Assembly (NCBI GenBank): GCA_015232405.1
Contig: JADFZS010000001.1
Coordinates: 35,322 to 99,321, forward strand
Length of the DNA: 64,000 bases
Source of the DNA: Magnetococcales bacterium
GTDB lineage: Bacteria; Pseudomonadota; Magnetococcia; Magnetococcales; JADFYX01
Direction: 5' to 3'
In this document: positions 16,636 to 25,581 of the stretch, in pieces
Layout: the number at the start of each line of letters is the position of its first letter
How positions within the stretch are numbered: position 1 is the first letter of the stretch
Program-made: the position numbers and the translations under genes
The notes under the pieces: model-generated
The model's database searches: none
What the model saw: only the letters and a program-made list of their open reading frames with translations
Told to the model about the DNA's origin: nothing

Positions 16636-16682
16636 AAAAAAAATCCGCTCCCCCCATCTATTATAATAAATGGAGGGGCGGA
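16636..16682 (-). terminator. Rho-independent terminator for the minus-strand small gene; may also serve the RND operon
   Basis: Imperfect GC-rich hairpin (TCCGCTCCCCCCA ... TGGAGGGGCGGA). On the minus strand it is followed by a run of 8 T (A-run 16636-16643 on the plus strand). Confidence 0.6.
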
Positions 16683-16719
16683 TTATATTTGCTTACAATA
16701 GGGTTTACCTATATTGAAT

Positions 16720-17010
16720 TTACGTTCGCTGTGATGCCACAGTTTCTACTGTTGGTAGCTGATCAAGAAATTCATTCGCCATATCTCTTATGGCTTTGCC
16801 AACAGGTTCCGGTATTGTAAGTGGTTCCTGTGCTTTTAACTCTTTGATCGCTCTGTTAATAGAGTCCATACCAAACAGGCTTGCTTTGTCTTCTACATCA
16901 AAATTCGATGTGGCTTTGCCGCCGGCTTCCACCGGATCCGCCCTTCCTGGGCTTCGACTTGCCATGGCTGTGGCCTGCTGGGATATACCCATTACCACGT
17001 TGATATCCAT
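16720..17010 (-). CDS. Hypothetical small protein (96 aa) with faint FlgM/anti-sigma-like character
   Basis: An AAGGA SD lies about 10 nt upstream of the ATG, and the gene has its own terminator. The N-terminal half is disordered-looking and the C-terminal half helical. The family is not securely recognised. Confidence 0.5.
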   Translation of the reverse strand: MDINVVMGISQQATAMASRSPGRADPVEAGGKATSNFDVEDKASLFGMDSINRAIKELKAQEPLTIPEPVGKAIRDMANEFLDQLPTVETVASQRT

Positions 17011-17449
17011 GATCTTGTATCCTTTTAGTTAGTTGTCCTTTTTTTTGTTATGGTTAATAAAAAAAAATTCACTCTTGGTTTATATATCGGACTTTGTCTT
17101 TACTCCCTTAAATAAAAAATGAAAGTCAGCCAATAAAATTTTCAATATATGGGTTTGACGCTCTAATCTTTAGCAGATAGAGTGTTTTGGGTTTTGCTAC
17201 CATTGAATATTGTCATCATGGTTTGGTTGCAGAACGTGACAAAAACAGAATGTTATTGTCACAATCTATGTGTTCTGGTCAGCCTATTGTAACATTTATA
17301 CAAATAACAACAGATAATTGAAAAATGTGTTGACTTTATCTTAAATGTTAGTTGTGATAGGGCGAGGATTAAATAAAAAGTAAGATTGGCCCCGTGCTCA
17401 TTAAGCACTGCCATGAGATGAAATTTACACTTTGATTGGGAGAAGTAAA

Positions 17450-18397
17450 ATGAAGTCTTATATTTTAAAATTCAGTATGATGCTGGTGTCAGTATTGTGT
17501 ATTGGTCTTGGCAGTGAGGCCTTTGCCAAATCACCTCCAGTGGCAATGCTTATTCAAGTTAAGGGCAAAATTGAGTACAGTAAAAATGGCACAAAATGGA
17601 AAAAAGTACGGCGCAATAAATTTCTGTTTGAAGGGTATATTGTAAAGACCGGTGCCGATGGCTCTGCTCAACTTATCAACCAGATCACCAACATGAGCCG
17701 TACTGTTGGTCCTAATACTGAGTTTAAAATTGCCAAACATGGCGGTGAGTTGATCTCAGGCCACCTATCTAAACCAACTCAGGCTGCTGGTGGTCTCTCT
17801 GCCAGTTTAAACAAGCGCTTTGCCAAGGCCCAACGCTATACCACAGTTCGTCGTAGTGTTGACAAAAAGAAAAAGATGAAGTTGAGTGCAATCAAAGAGA
17901 TTACACTCTCAGCTGAACATCCTGATCTGGTATGGCAAGGAATGGGTAGTGATATCTCCTATCGGGTATACATTGATGGTACTCCCCATAATATAGCACC
18001 TGTTACATCAAAAATTGTCCGCTTTAGAGTTCCTCCTCTATCAGGGGGTCAGCATAAATATTCGGTGGATCTTATAAAAGATGGTAAAGTTGTTTATAAA
18101 TCAAAGAAGAGCTTTAAGATTAACTGGTTGAGCGGTGCGGAGCTGGCAAAATTCCAGAACGGTCTAGATGCGGTTAGAACCTCTGCTCCCGGTGACGATT
18201 TCATGGTCGCCAACTATCTGGAAGAGCAGGGTTTGACAGTTGCTGCTATGGATATGTACAAACAGTATTTTACTGCCAACGCTGATGATATTGATATGTA
18301 TCCAATGTTGATCAAGGCATACCATGACTTAAAGCTAAAGGATCTGAAAAAAGCCGAAGCTGTTAAATATAATTTGATGTTAGACTCCGATAGCTGA
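17450..18397 (+). CDS. Secreted FecR-domain-like protein with a TPR-like C-terminus
   Basis: ATG at 17450 preceded by GGGAGAAG. Signal peptide MKSYILKFSMMLVSVLCIGLGSEAFA. FecR-like beta-rich segment (VKGKIEYSKNGTKWKKV...GYIVKTGADGSAQL). It is paired with a downstream CHASE2 cyclase. Confidence 0.65.
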   Translation: MKSYILKFSMMLVSVLCIGLGSEAFAKSPPVAMLIQVKGKIEYSKNGTKWKKVRRNKFLFEGYIVKTGADGSAQLINQITNMSRTVGPNTEFKIAKHGGELISGHLSKPTQAAGGLSASLNKRFAKAQRYTTVRRSVDKKKKMKLSAIKEITLSAEHPDLVWQGMGSDISYRVYIDGTPHNIAPVTSKIVRFRVPPLSGGQHKYSVDLIKDGKVVYKSKKSFKINWLSGAELAKFQNGLDAVRTSAPGDDFMVANYLEEQGLTVAAMDMYKQYFTANADDIDMYPMLIKAYHDLKLKDLKKAEAVKYNLMLDSDS

Positions 18398-18412
18398 TTG
18401 TTATCATAAAAT

Positions 18413-18443
18413 AAAAAAACGCGCCTTGGGCGCGTTTTTTTTT
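18413..18443 (+). terminator. Rho-independent (bidirectional-type) terminator
   Basis: AAAAAAACGCGCC-TTG-GGCGCGTTTTTTTTT, located 16 nt after the stop codon. Confidence 0.85.
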
Positions 18444-18526
18444 GCTGGTTTGCAAACTGCAACAGTTAAGTTAGTATTAGTCAGGATTTGGTATTTGTCT
18501 TTACCAATTTTTTTTAACATCAAATG

Positions 18527-18699
18527 TTAAACCTAGAAACAGCAGTTGTCAGCACGCACCTGACGCAACCTATTGATTCATCTGGCATAAAAGAGCAAAG
18601 TCTCACCACCAATAAGGTGACTTCGATTTGCTCTACTACACCAGCTAAACCAATATGTTACGCCATGTACGCACCGCCAACCGCCGTTTCTAGGTTAAA
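18527..18699. repeat. Inverted pair of the TTAAACCTAGAAAC-type repeat (element A, about 173 bp)
   Basis: The left end is TTAAACCTAGAAACAGCAG (18527-18545). The right end CCGCCGTTTCTAGGTTAAA (18681-18699) is its imperfect reverse complement (16/19). Confidence 0.6.
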
Positions 18700-18744
18700 G
18701 CTTTGGTTGCAGGCTTTTTTTATAAATGGGGGAGTTGGTCAATT

Positions 18745-20814
18745 ATGAAAAGAATTGTGGAAAGATGGGATATTGTGGGAACGGTTTTGCTGTTCTTGTT
18801 GGCTATTCCTGCAGAATATTATGAAATATTCTCACTTTTAGAAGATCAGACCATCTCTTTTAGGCAGATTTTGCGAGTCGGGTATGGAGATCCTGACAAA
18901 ACCCGTTTTTCCAAAGATAAAATAGTTTTGGTTAACACCGATGAAGAGTTTTTTAAAGAGTATAAAAGCTACCCATTGCGACGGACCGATATCGGTCAAA
19001 TAGCGGAAAATTTAAAGTTTCTTGGTGCCAAGGTGGTGGCAGTTGACTTTTTGATGGATTTTCCCAGCTCTTACGGGGAGGATGAGCCAACCGCAAAATC
19101 ATTTAAAAAGGCCAGCCCGGTGCTTCTGGTTGCCCAGGCAGATATTGTCGATGGTGAGTTCCATAGGATGAACCACGCAACTCCAACTCTGGCTGCTGTA
19201 ACAGAGGATGGCTACACCAATATTACCTCCAGTAGCTCTATTGTAACATCCCTATCTCGTCTCCAGGTAAACCCCGAGATCGCTTCGTTAGCCAACGATT
19301 GGCCTTATGCGGTAAAGGCTTTGGGTATGTATTATGGTATAGAGCCAACTTTGGAGGGCGATACTCTTAAATTTGGTGATAAACTAACGGTTCCTCTGGA
19401 TCAAAACCATAACTTTTACATCGACTTTCCCGCTCTGCCCACAGGAACAAAATTTCTTAGCGATAGTGTAGGTCTCTCAGCAATGGAGTTTATTGATATC
19501 TCCGATTTGGATGAAGATGAAATTGAGGAGTTACGCTACTGGATTGAAGATAAACTGGTGTTGATTGGTGATACTTCAGAGGTCTCCCATGACTGGTTTG
19601 ATACCCCGGTGGGTATGGTATATGGAGTTGAGATTATTGCCAGTGCCATTGATACCTTGTTAAAGGGTTCGCCATTAAGACCAGCATCTGAACAAAAAGA
19701 GGTCATTGTCTCCATAGTCTTTATGATCGCACTCATACTGTTGGGCTTGATTTCCCACCCAACTGTGCGGGCTTTTGTGGCTTTGATAATATTTGCAGGT
19801 TGGATAGCATATGTTTCTATTATCTACGTAACGGTAGGTACGGTTTACTCCATGGCCTATATGTTTGTGGCGGGTGTTTTGAGCTTTGTCATGATCAATA
19901 TGCGTTATTATCTGGTGGAGATGGGACAGAAGACCATGATCAAAGGGGCGTTCGGTCAATATCTCTCCCCAAAAGTGGTGGATATTCTGGTTAACGATCC
20001 CAGCAAATTGTCTTTGGGTGGTGAACAACGGGAGATGACAGCATTTTTCTCAGACGTTGCTGGTTTCTCCTCGATTTCCGAAAAACTGACTCCCCAAGAG
20101 TTGGTGCAGCTGCTCAATGAATATCTAACAGCCATGTGCGATATCATCGCCAATTATGACGGTACGGTAGATAAATTTGAAGGTGATGCCATTATCGCTT
20201 TTTGGGGCGCACCGTTGACTCAAGAGGATCATGCAGTTCGTTGTTGCCATGCTGCCATTGACATGGAAAAACATATGATCAATTTACGGGTCAAGTTAAA
20301 AGCCGAAAATCGACCCAACATGACAGTACGTATGGGTATCAATTCCGGTTTGATGGTTGTAGGTAACATGGGCTCTGCCTCGCGGATGGACTATACAATC
20401 ATGGGTGATGCCGTGAACCTTGCGGCACGTCTGGAGGGGGCAAATAAATTTTACTCTTCTGGGACCATGATCTCAGATTCCACCTATCAGCTAGCTAAAG
20501 ATCAAATTGAGGCCAGAGAGCTTGATACAGTACGGGTTATCGGTAAAAAAGAGCCTATCACCATCTATCAGCTTATGGATAAAAAAGGTCAGGTCACAGG
20601 AGAAAGGGCTGAAATGTTGGAACACTACTATCGTGGTACTGCCGAGTATAAGGCTCGCAGATACAGCGATGCCATAGCTCACTTCATCAAGGCCCTTGAG
20701 GTTATTGAAGATGACGGTCCATCTTTGACATACCTGGAGAGATGTAAAGAGTATATGGAGAACCCACCAGCAGATGATTGGGATGGTGTCTTCAACTTCA
20801 CCTCAAAAGGATAG
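18745..20814 (+). CDS. CHASE2 sensor-domain class III adenylate/guanylate cyclase
   Basis: ATG 18745 is preceded by GGGGGAG. Architecture: N-terminal TM, a periplasmic CHASE2-like region, three TM helices, then a cyclase domain (MTAFFSDVAGFSSISE...FEGDAIIAFWGAP...GINSGLMVVGNMGS...YTIMGDAVNLAARLE). Confidence 0.9.
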   Translation: MKRIVERWDIVGTVLLFLLAIPAEYYEIFSLLEDQTISFRQILRVGYGDPDKTRFSKDKIVLVNTDEEFFKEYKSYPLRRTDIGQIAENLKFLGAKVVAVDFLMDFPSSYGEDEPTAKSFKKASPVLLVAQADIVDGEFHRMNHATPTLAAVTEDGYTNITSSSSIVTSLSRLQVNPEIASLANDWPYAVKALGMYYGIEPTLEGDTLKFGDKLTVPLDQNHNFYIDFPALPTGTKFLSDSVGLSAMEFIDISDLDEDEIEELRYWIEDKLVLIGDTSEVSHDWFDTPVGMVYGVEIIASAIDTLLKGSPLRPASEQKEVIVSIVFMIALILLGLISHPTVRAFVALIIFAGWIAYVSIIYVTVGTVYSMAYMFVAGVLSFVMINMRYYLVEMGQKTMIKGAFGQYLSPKVVDILVNDPSKLSLGGEQREMTAFFSDVAGFSSISEKLTPQELVQLLNEYLTAMCDIIANYDGTVDKFEGDAIIAFWGAPLTQEDHAVRCCHAAIDMEKHMINLRVKLKAENRPNMTVRMGINSGLMVVGNMGSASRMDYTIMGDAVNLAARLEGANKFYSSGTMISDSTYQLAKDQIEARELDTVRVIGKKEPITIYQLMDKKGQVTGERAEMLEHYYRGTAEYKARRYSDAIAHFIKALEVIEDDGPSLTYLERCKEYMENPPADDWDGVFNFTSKG

Positions 20815-20879
20815 AAGCATCATTATAAATTAATCACCTGTGCTGTTTTTGTTTTTTACACCTCATCAATGGCAAGTTA

Positions 20880-20916
20880 CCCCCTCCCGATAAAAAATTA
20901 CTTTATCGGAAGGGGG
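20880..20916. terminator. Hairpin between convergent genes (possible bidirectional terminator)
   Basis: CCCCCTCCCGATAAA / TTTATCGGAAGGGGG gives 8 + 6 bp with one mismatch and a 7-nt loop. There is no clean T-run on either side. Confidence 0.4.
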
Positions 20917-21020
20917 GTTATTGTCAACTTGTAATCTAATAATAGTATGAACGATATTTTAACCAACTTATTATACAGTTGAATTGTTTTTACTAGCAAA
21001 TTCAATATTATACGTATATT

Positions 21021-21055
21021 TGTAGGAGCGAGCTTGCTCGCGAAGATTGTAGGCT
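21021..21055. repeat. GC-rich REP-like palindromic element (TGTAGGAGCGAGCTTGCTCGCGAAGATTGTAGG)
   Basis: Perfect palindrome GCGAGC-TT-GCTCGC at 21028-21041, flanked by direct TGTAGG copies. It is embedded in AT-rich intergenic DNA. Confidence 0.5.
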
Positions 21056-21099
21056 TAGTTCCTATGCAGTTTAAAAATGGAATATCTATATTTATGGAG

Positions 21100-23391
21100 C
21101 TACAGCTCTTCCTCTGTACTGTTTTGCAGATAGTATTGAATTGAGTGCATGATGGGGTTGAGAATTGTGCGGTAGTTACGTAACTCATCTTTAGCCCGCT
21201 GCCACTCTTTTTTCTTGATCTGTTTGTGGACCTGTATCGAAGGATCTTTCAGTGTGGGGAATAGCACATTAGCCATGGATCCCTTTAAAACGTGAGCAGT
21301 GGCCCGAGCCTGCTCCTCCTCCTCTGCCAATATGGAGGAGTTGAGGCTTTTAAGCAGTGATGGCAACTGTTCAGCCAAAACTTCTGCAACCTCACGATGA
21401 TTTTCAGGGGGTAGCCCCATAGACTCAAGAGCGGTAGACAAATCGTTAGATTGCCCAACCAACTCTTTTTTTCTTCTCTCATTTTCCAACGTAAAGGTAA
21501 AATGTTCTTTTATGACTGCTCTTAAGTCAGAAAGCGAGGTTGGTTTTGCCAATACTCCAACCATACCAGCTTGGGTACATTTCCGACGGCTTTTCTTTGT
21601 AATATCACCTGTAAAGGCAATTATCGAAAGAGGTTGTTCGTCCTTTTGTTGTGTTAACTCAGCCATGGCTTGTGCAGTCTGGAAGCCATCCATATTTGGC
21701 ATTCTCAAATCCAGCAGAACTAGCTTGTAACTGTTGTTGGCTAATAATTCCAAAGCTTTTTTGCCAGAGTCGGCGATATCTATGGCATCATCAGGAAAAC
21801 CAATTTTCTCCAGTAGTGCTTTTGTCAGTAGCAGGTTTGTCGCCTGATCATCGACAATAAGAATGGAACCTTCAGGGGTGATATGATTTTTTGCTACTGA
21901 ATGGCTGTAGTTATGATCCTCAATTTGTGGGTTTAGGATCGCATTTAAAAGTCGCTCAGAACTAACCGGTTTTTGTAAACAGGTGATGGGACCAACACAG
22001 GTGGCAGCCTGATCCCAAGCCTCGTCCAAAAGATCGGTGAGAATCACCAGCTGTGAATCTTCTGATAGATGTTCCAGGGGAATAAAGTCTTCACTACTAT
22101 CTGGTTTGTGGTTGACTATAACAAGATCATATCTCTCTTGAGTGTTGTTATTGCTATCTTCAGTATGGATTTTTGCCCCCCACTTCTCTAAATGATCGAT
22201 GAGCATGGTGAGTTGCAGCCCTTCACAATCATGGAGATGAATTTTATAACCTTCGAGGGGAAGATCACTGTTATTTCTAATTGACTGTGGCTGATTTTCC
22301 AGGGTGATGGTAAAATGAAAAGTGCTGCCGGTTTCGGCGTGAATGTTTGTATCTATGCCAATTTCACCGTTCATCATGTTGACTAGATGTTTTGATATTG
22401 CAAGACCAAGACCTGTGCCTTCATGGTTGCGAGAGGTGGAGTTGTCTATTTGGGTAAAACGGTTAAAAATATCACCTCTTTTTTCTTCTGGTATACCAAC
22501 TCCAGTATCACGAATTTCAAATAAAAACTCGGTTTTATCCTTATATCTGGTTATAGGTCCACCGTGGAGGTCAACATTACCACCTGCCGGGGTAAACTTG
22601 ATGGCATTGGCGATTAAGTTGGTAAATATCTGTCCGATCCGGTTTTGGTCTCCGCGAAAAGCAGTGGGTAGATTGCTTGATATGTGGGCTGTCAACTCAA
22701 CCCCTTTTGCACTGGCAAGGGGGGAGAGGATCATTGTTACATCATCCATCAATTTTCTTAAATCGAAATCCCTATGATCAAGAGTAAACTTACCTCTATC
22801 AATCTGAGCAAAATCCAGAAGGTCGTTGATTAAAAACAGTAATCTTTTACCTGCAGTTGCAGATAAATGGAGATATTCACGATATTTTTGATTTAGTTTG
22901 GCATCTTTGAGCAGTTCCAGCATACCCAGAACAATGTTCATGGGGGTGCGGATTTCGTGGCTTATTGTAGCAAGAAAAGCATCTTTGGATTGATTGGCCT
23001 CTTCGGCTTGGTCGCGAGCTTTTGCCAGCTCTACCATGGCCTGTCTGCGCTCTTCCATACGGTGGGCTAGAGCATCATTGACTTTGCGTAGTTTTTCTTC
23101 AGTTTTTTTAAGTTTGACTATCTCAGGAAACCAACGATAAAAGCCGATGGTCAACAGAACATAACCCGGTAAAATGCCAATGGCCTCTTCTAAAAAACCC
23201 AAATTTTGAAACTGTTTGAACTCATCAAGAATATCAATTGAATGGCCAAGAATTAAAAAGATAAATCCACTGATGACAAAATACCATCCCCTGCGTTGTT
23301 CTGCCCCCATTTGTGTGCTGGCCCGTATGATGAAGACAAATGCCCCACAAATTACCGCAAGATTGAGTATTTCAAAAATCAGGTCGCTCAT
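21100..23391 (-). CDS. Hybrid sensor histidine kinase / response regulator with C-terminal HPt domain
   Basis: N-terminal TM helices, HisKA H-box (FLATISHEIRTPMN), HATPase N/G boxes (IANAIKFTP, DTGVGIP, GTGLGLAI), receiver (ILIVDDQ...LLDLRMPNMDG) and HPt (ATAHVLKGSMANV). Confidence 0.9.
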   Translation of the reverse strand: MSDLIFEILNLAVICGAFVFIIRASTQMGAEQRRGWYFVISGFIFLILGHSIDILDEFKQFQNLGFLEEAIGILPGYVLLTIGFYRWFPEIVKLKKTEEKLRKVNDALAHRMEERRQAMVELAKARDQAEEANQSKDAFLATISHEIRTPMNIVLGMLELLKDAKLNQKYREYLHLSATAGKRLLFLINDLLDFAQIDRGKFTLDHRDFDLRKLMDDVTMILSPLASAKGVELTAHISSNLPTAFRGDQNRIGQIFTNLIANAIKFTPAGGNVDLHGGPITRYKDKTEFLFEIRDTGVGIPEEKRGDIFNRFTQIDNSTSRNHEGTGLGLAISKHLVNMMNGEIGIDTNIHAETGSTFHFTITLENQPQSIRNNSDLPLEGYKIHLHDCEGLQLTMLIDHLEKWGAKIHTEDSNNNTQERYDLVIVNHKPDSSEDFIPLEHLSEDSQLVILTDLLDEAWDQAATCVGPITCLQKPVSSERLLNAILNPQIEDHNYSHSVAKNHITPEGSILIVDDQATNLLLTKALLEKIGFPDDAIDIADSGKKALELLANNSYKLVLLDLRMPNMDGFQTAQAMAELTQQKDEQPLSIIAFTGDITKKSRRKCTQAGMVGVLAKPTSLSDLRAVIKEHFTFTLENERRKKELVGQSNDLSTALESMGLPPENHREVAEVLAEQLPSLLKSLNSSILAEEEEQARATAHVLKGSMANVLFPTLKDPSIQVHKQIKKKEWQRAKDELRNYRTILNPIMHSIQYYLQNSTEEEL

Positions 23392-23789
23392 AGTGATCTA
23401 AGAGCCTAATATTACAGTTGTTACATAGGATATTTCAGCAATATCTGTACATGACAGAAATATCGCTTTTTTGTTATGTTTTTTTATTAACAAGTTGAAG
23501 AAATACCCATAAAAATCACTAAATATCAGTGTAATATGATTCCTACTATCTGGCAATGGTTTGATCTTGTTTTTTGTTGTTATTTTAACAAGATCCAAAG
23601 TAAAAGCTGTTACCAACAATTGAGGGTCGCAAAATCATTTTTGTTTTGTGGTTAAAAAAGGTTATTTTTTTTTAAAAAAACCGTTTTGTTAATGAGTACT
23701 AATCAAAAAAAAATGGTATGTGGTGCTAAACTTTTGACAAAACAAGGTTACAAAAAATCGCTCTATCCAAGTTGGGTGGTTGGCAGTTA

Positions 23790-25448
23790 TTAGTGGCTGC
23801 ACCAATTATTTTCAGGACGTATACCACCATTGCCGGACTTAAAACCAAGACATCCCAAAACAGATTCAAAAATCTCTTCATGTATTACAGTTCTACCGCT
23901 TTTTTGTAACTCCTTAGCAGCAGCAAAACCTTGGGCTAAACGGGGAACCGCAAGAAAAGCATCAGAAGCCCACATAATAATAGGGATACCCCTTAACTCT
24001 TTTGCTGCACTATTTTTTGGGGTTCCGTGATATTGGGTATGTTCGTCAATATATTCACCATGGTCCGGGGCGTAAATCATCAAGGTTTTTTTGTTGCGAA
24101 AAACATCAATTAACGATGCTAACACATAGTCGGTATACAAAATTGCATTATCATAAGAGTTGAACTTTTCATCTATGGTGCAATTTTTGGCTCTTGGATA
24201 ACATTCTGGTTTGAATTTGGCGAATTCACGGGGGTAGCGGTTTGTGTAGAGATAGTGAGCACCGTTGGTGTGAAGAAGGATGATATGGCGTCCATCAGGG
24301 TGTTGCTGTAAAGATTGTTTTGCTTGATCAAGTAGAAGATAATCGTCAATTACAGCCACTTCGTTTCTGCCTGTCTCAGCTCCAATTTCTTCACGAATTT
24401 TATAACTGTCGGCACTGACCTTGTTATAGAACCAAATCTCCCCTTGCATGGCATATAGTTGCAAAGTAAAGCCAAAAGATTTTAACAAATTGAAAATGTT
24501 TCTCTCTTTTACCAACTGTTTTGTAGAATCATCGAACTCTTCAACACCGCCTTTTCTAACAAACATACAAGCCAAAGATAGTTTGGTTTTGGTGTTGCAG
24601 GATGTGGCTTGAAAGGCGATGAGATTTTGTTCTTTTTGCATTAGTGGTGTGGTTATACGTTCAAAACCCAATATGGACATTCTATCAGAACGTATTGTCT
24701 CTCCTATTACAAACAGTAGGTAGAGATCATCAAGGTTTTCTGTTTGGGAAAACTGAAAAACCGTTTTTGGATCTACAAGTGTATTTGCAAGATGTCTGTT
24801 AGCCAAATAACTGTCCAGTGTCATTCCTGCTGTAGCAAATAGGTTACTAGGTAGATAATAGTGACCAGCCATACCAAATGGGTTTATTGGTATCCGACCA
24901 TCTGCAACAGGTTGGCGAAATTCTTTATATTGTAAATTAACTGAGTGCAAGCCAACTGTTGCAATAAAAATATATAGTGCACGGTATAGGTAGCGTCTGC
25001 TGATTCTTTGATCTGTTACAAGGGGCTTTTTGCTGAAAAAATATGTTGGGGCTACTCCGAAGAGTAGAAAAAAAAGCGGTTGTTTATAGTCTAAATGGTT
25101 ATATAGGGTCGATAAATCCCAACTTGAAATTGCTTTAAATGAGCTGAAACTGACAACAACATGGGCAAACCACATATAATAGGCGGTTAACGCTGAAACG
25201 GTTAGAACTATAACTCCCACAGTTTTAATAACTCTGCTGCCAAACAGAGAAGCCAAGCTCAACAGCGACCATGTTGACAAAACTGCAAATAGAGCATCAA
25301 GAGCAACTACAGTTACGCCAAACTCACTATAAACATGACTCTTGCGATACAGGTTTGGTAAGTTAAGAACCAAGCCGATATACAGTGACAGCAACAGCAT
25401 CCAAAACCACTCTTGATTATTGGATAGAGCCAGCTTTATTTTATCCAT
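23790..25448 (-). CDS. Phosphoethanolamine transferase (EptA/sulfatase-superfamily, 5-TM N-domain), paralogue 1
   Basis: N-terminal TM bundle. Catalytic-domain motifs: VIGETIRSDRMSILG, TSCNTKTKLSLACMF, HTNGAHYLY, YDNAILYTDYVL, PDHGEY. Confidence 0.85.
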   Translation of the reverse strand: MDKIKLALSNNQEWFWMLLLSLYIGLVLNLPNLYRKSHVYSEFGVTVVALDALFAVLSTWSLLSLASLFGSRVIKTVGVIVLTVSALTAYYMWFAHVVVSFSSFKAISSWDLSTLYNHLDYKQPLFFLLFGVAPTYFFSKKPLVTDQRISRRYLYRALYIFIATVGLHSVNLQYKEFRQPVADGRIPINPFGMAGHYYLPSNLFATAGMTLDSYLANRHLANTLVDPKTVFQFSQTENLDDLYLLFVIGETIRSDRMSILGFERITTPLMQKEQNLIAFQATSCNTKTKLSLACMFVRKGGVEEFDDSTKQLVKERNIFNLLKSFGFTLQLYAMQGEIWFYNKVSADSYKIREEIGAETGRNEVAVIDDYLLLDQAKQSLQQHPDGRHIILLHTNGAHYLYTNRYPREFAKFKPECYPRAKNCTIDEKFNSYDNAILYTDYVLASLIDVFRNKKTLMIYAPDHGEYIDEHTQYHGTPKNSAAKELRGIPIIMWASDAFLAVPRLAQGFAAAKELQKSGRTVIHEEIFESVLGCLGFKSGNGGIRPENNWCSH

Positions 25449-25541
25449 GAATATCTATCTAAATCTCCCAAGCATTAATATTTATAAAAAAAAGTAGTTA
25501 TAGCCAAGTATATCACTTTTTGATGCTTAGTAGTTTAAATA

Positions 25542-25567
25542 ATCCTAGAAACTGCTGTTTCTAGGAT
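25542..25567. repeat. Perfect 11-bp-stem hairpin made of two inverted CCTAGAAAC repeat copies
   Basis: ATCCTAGAAAC-TGCT-GTTTCTAGGAT, lying 15 nt downstream of the paralogue-2 stop on the minus strand. Confidence 0.85.
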
Positions 25568-25581
25568 AATATCTGATAGTG

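Noticed and set aside
16790-17032. 80-aa plus-strand ORF
   Set aside because: It overlaps the minus-strand 96-aa ORF, which has a proper SD and a matching terminator. The plus-strand ORF lacks both.
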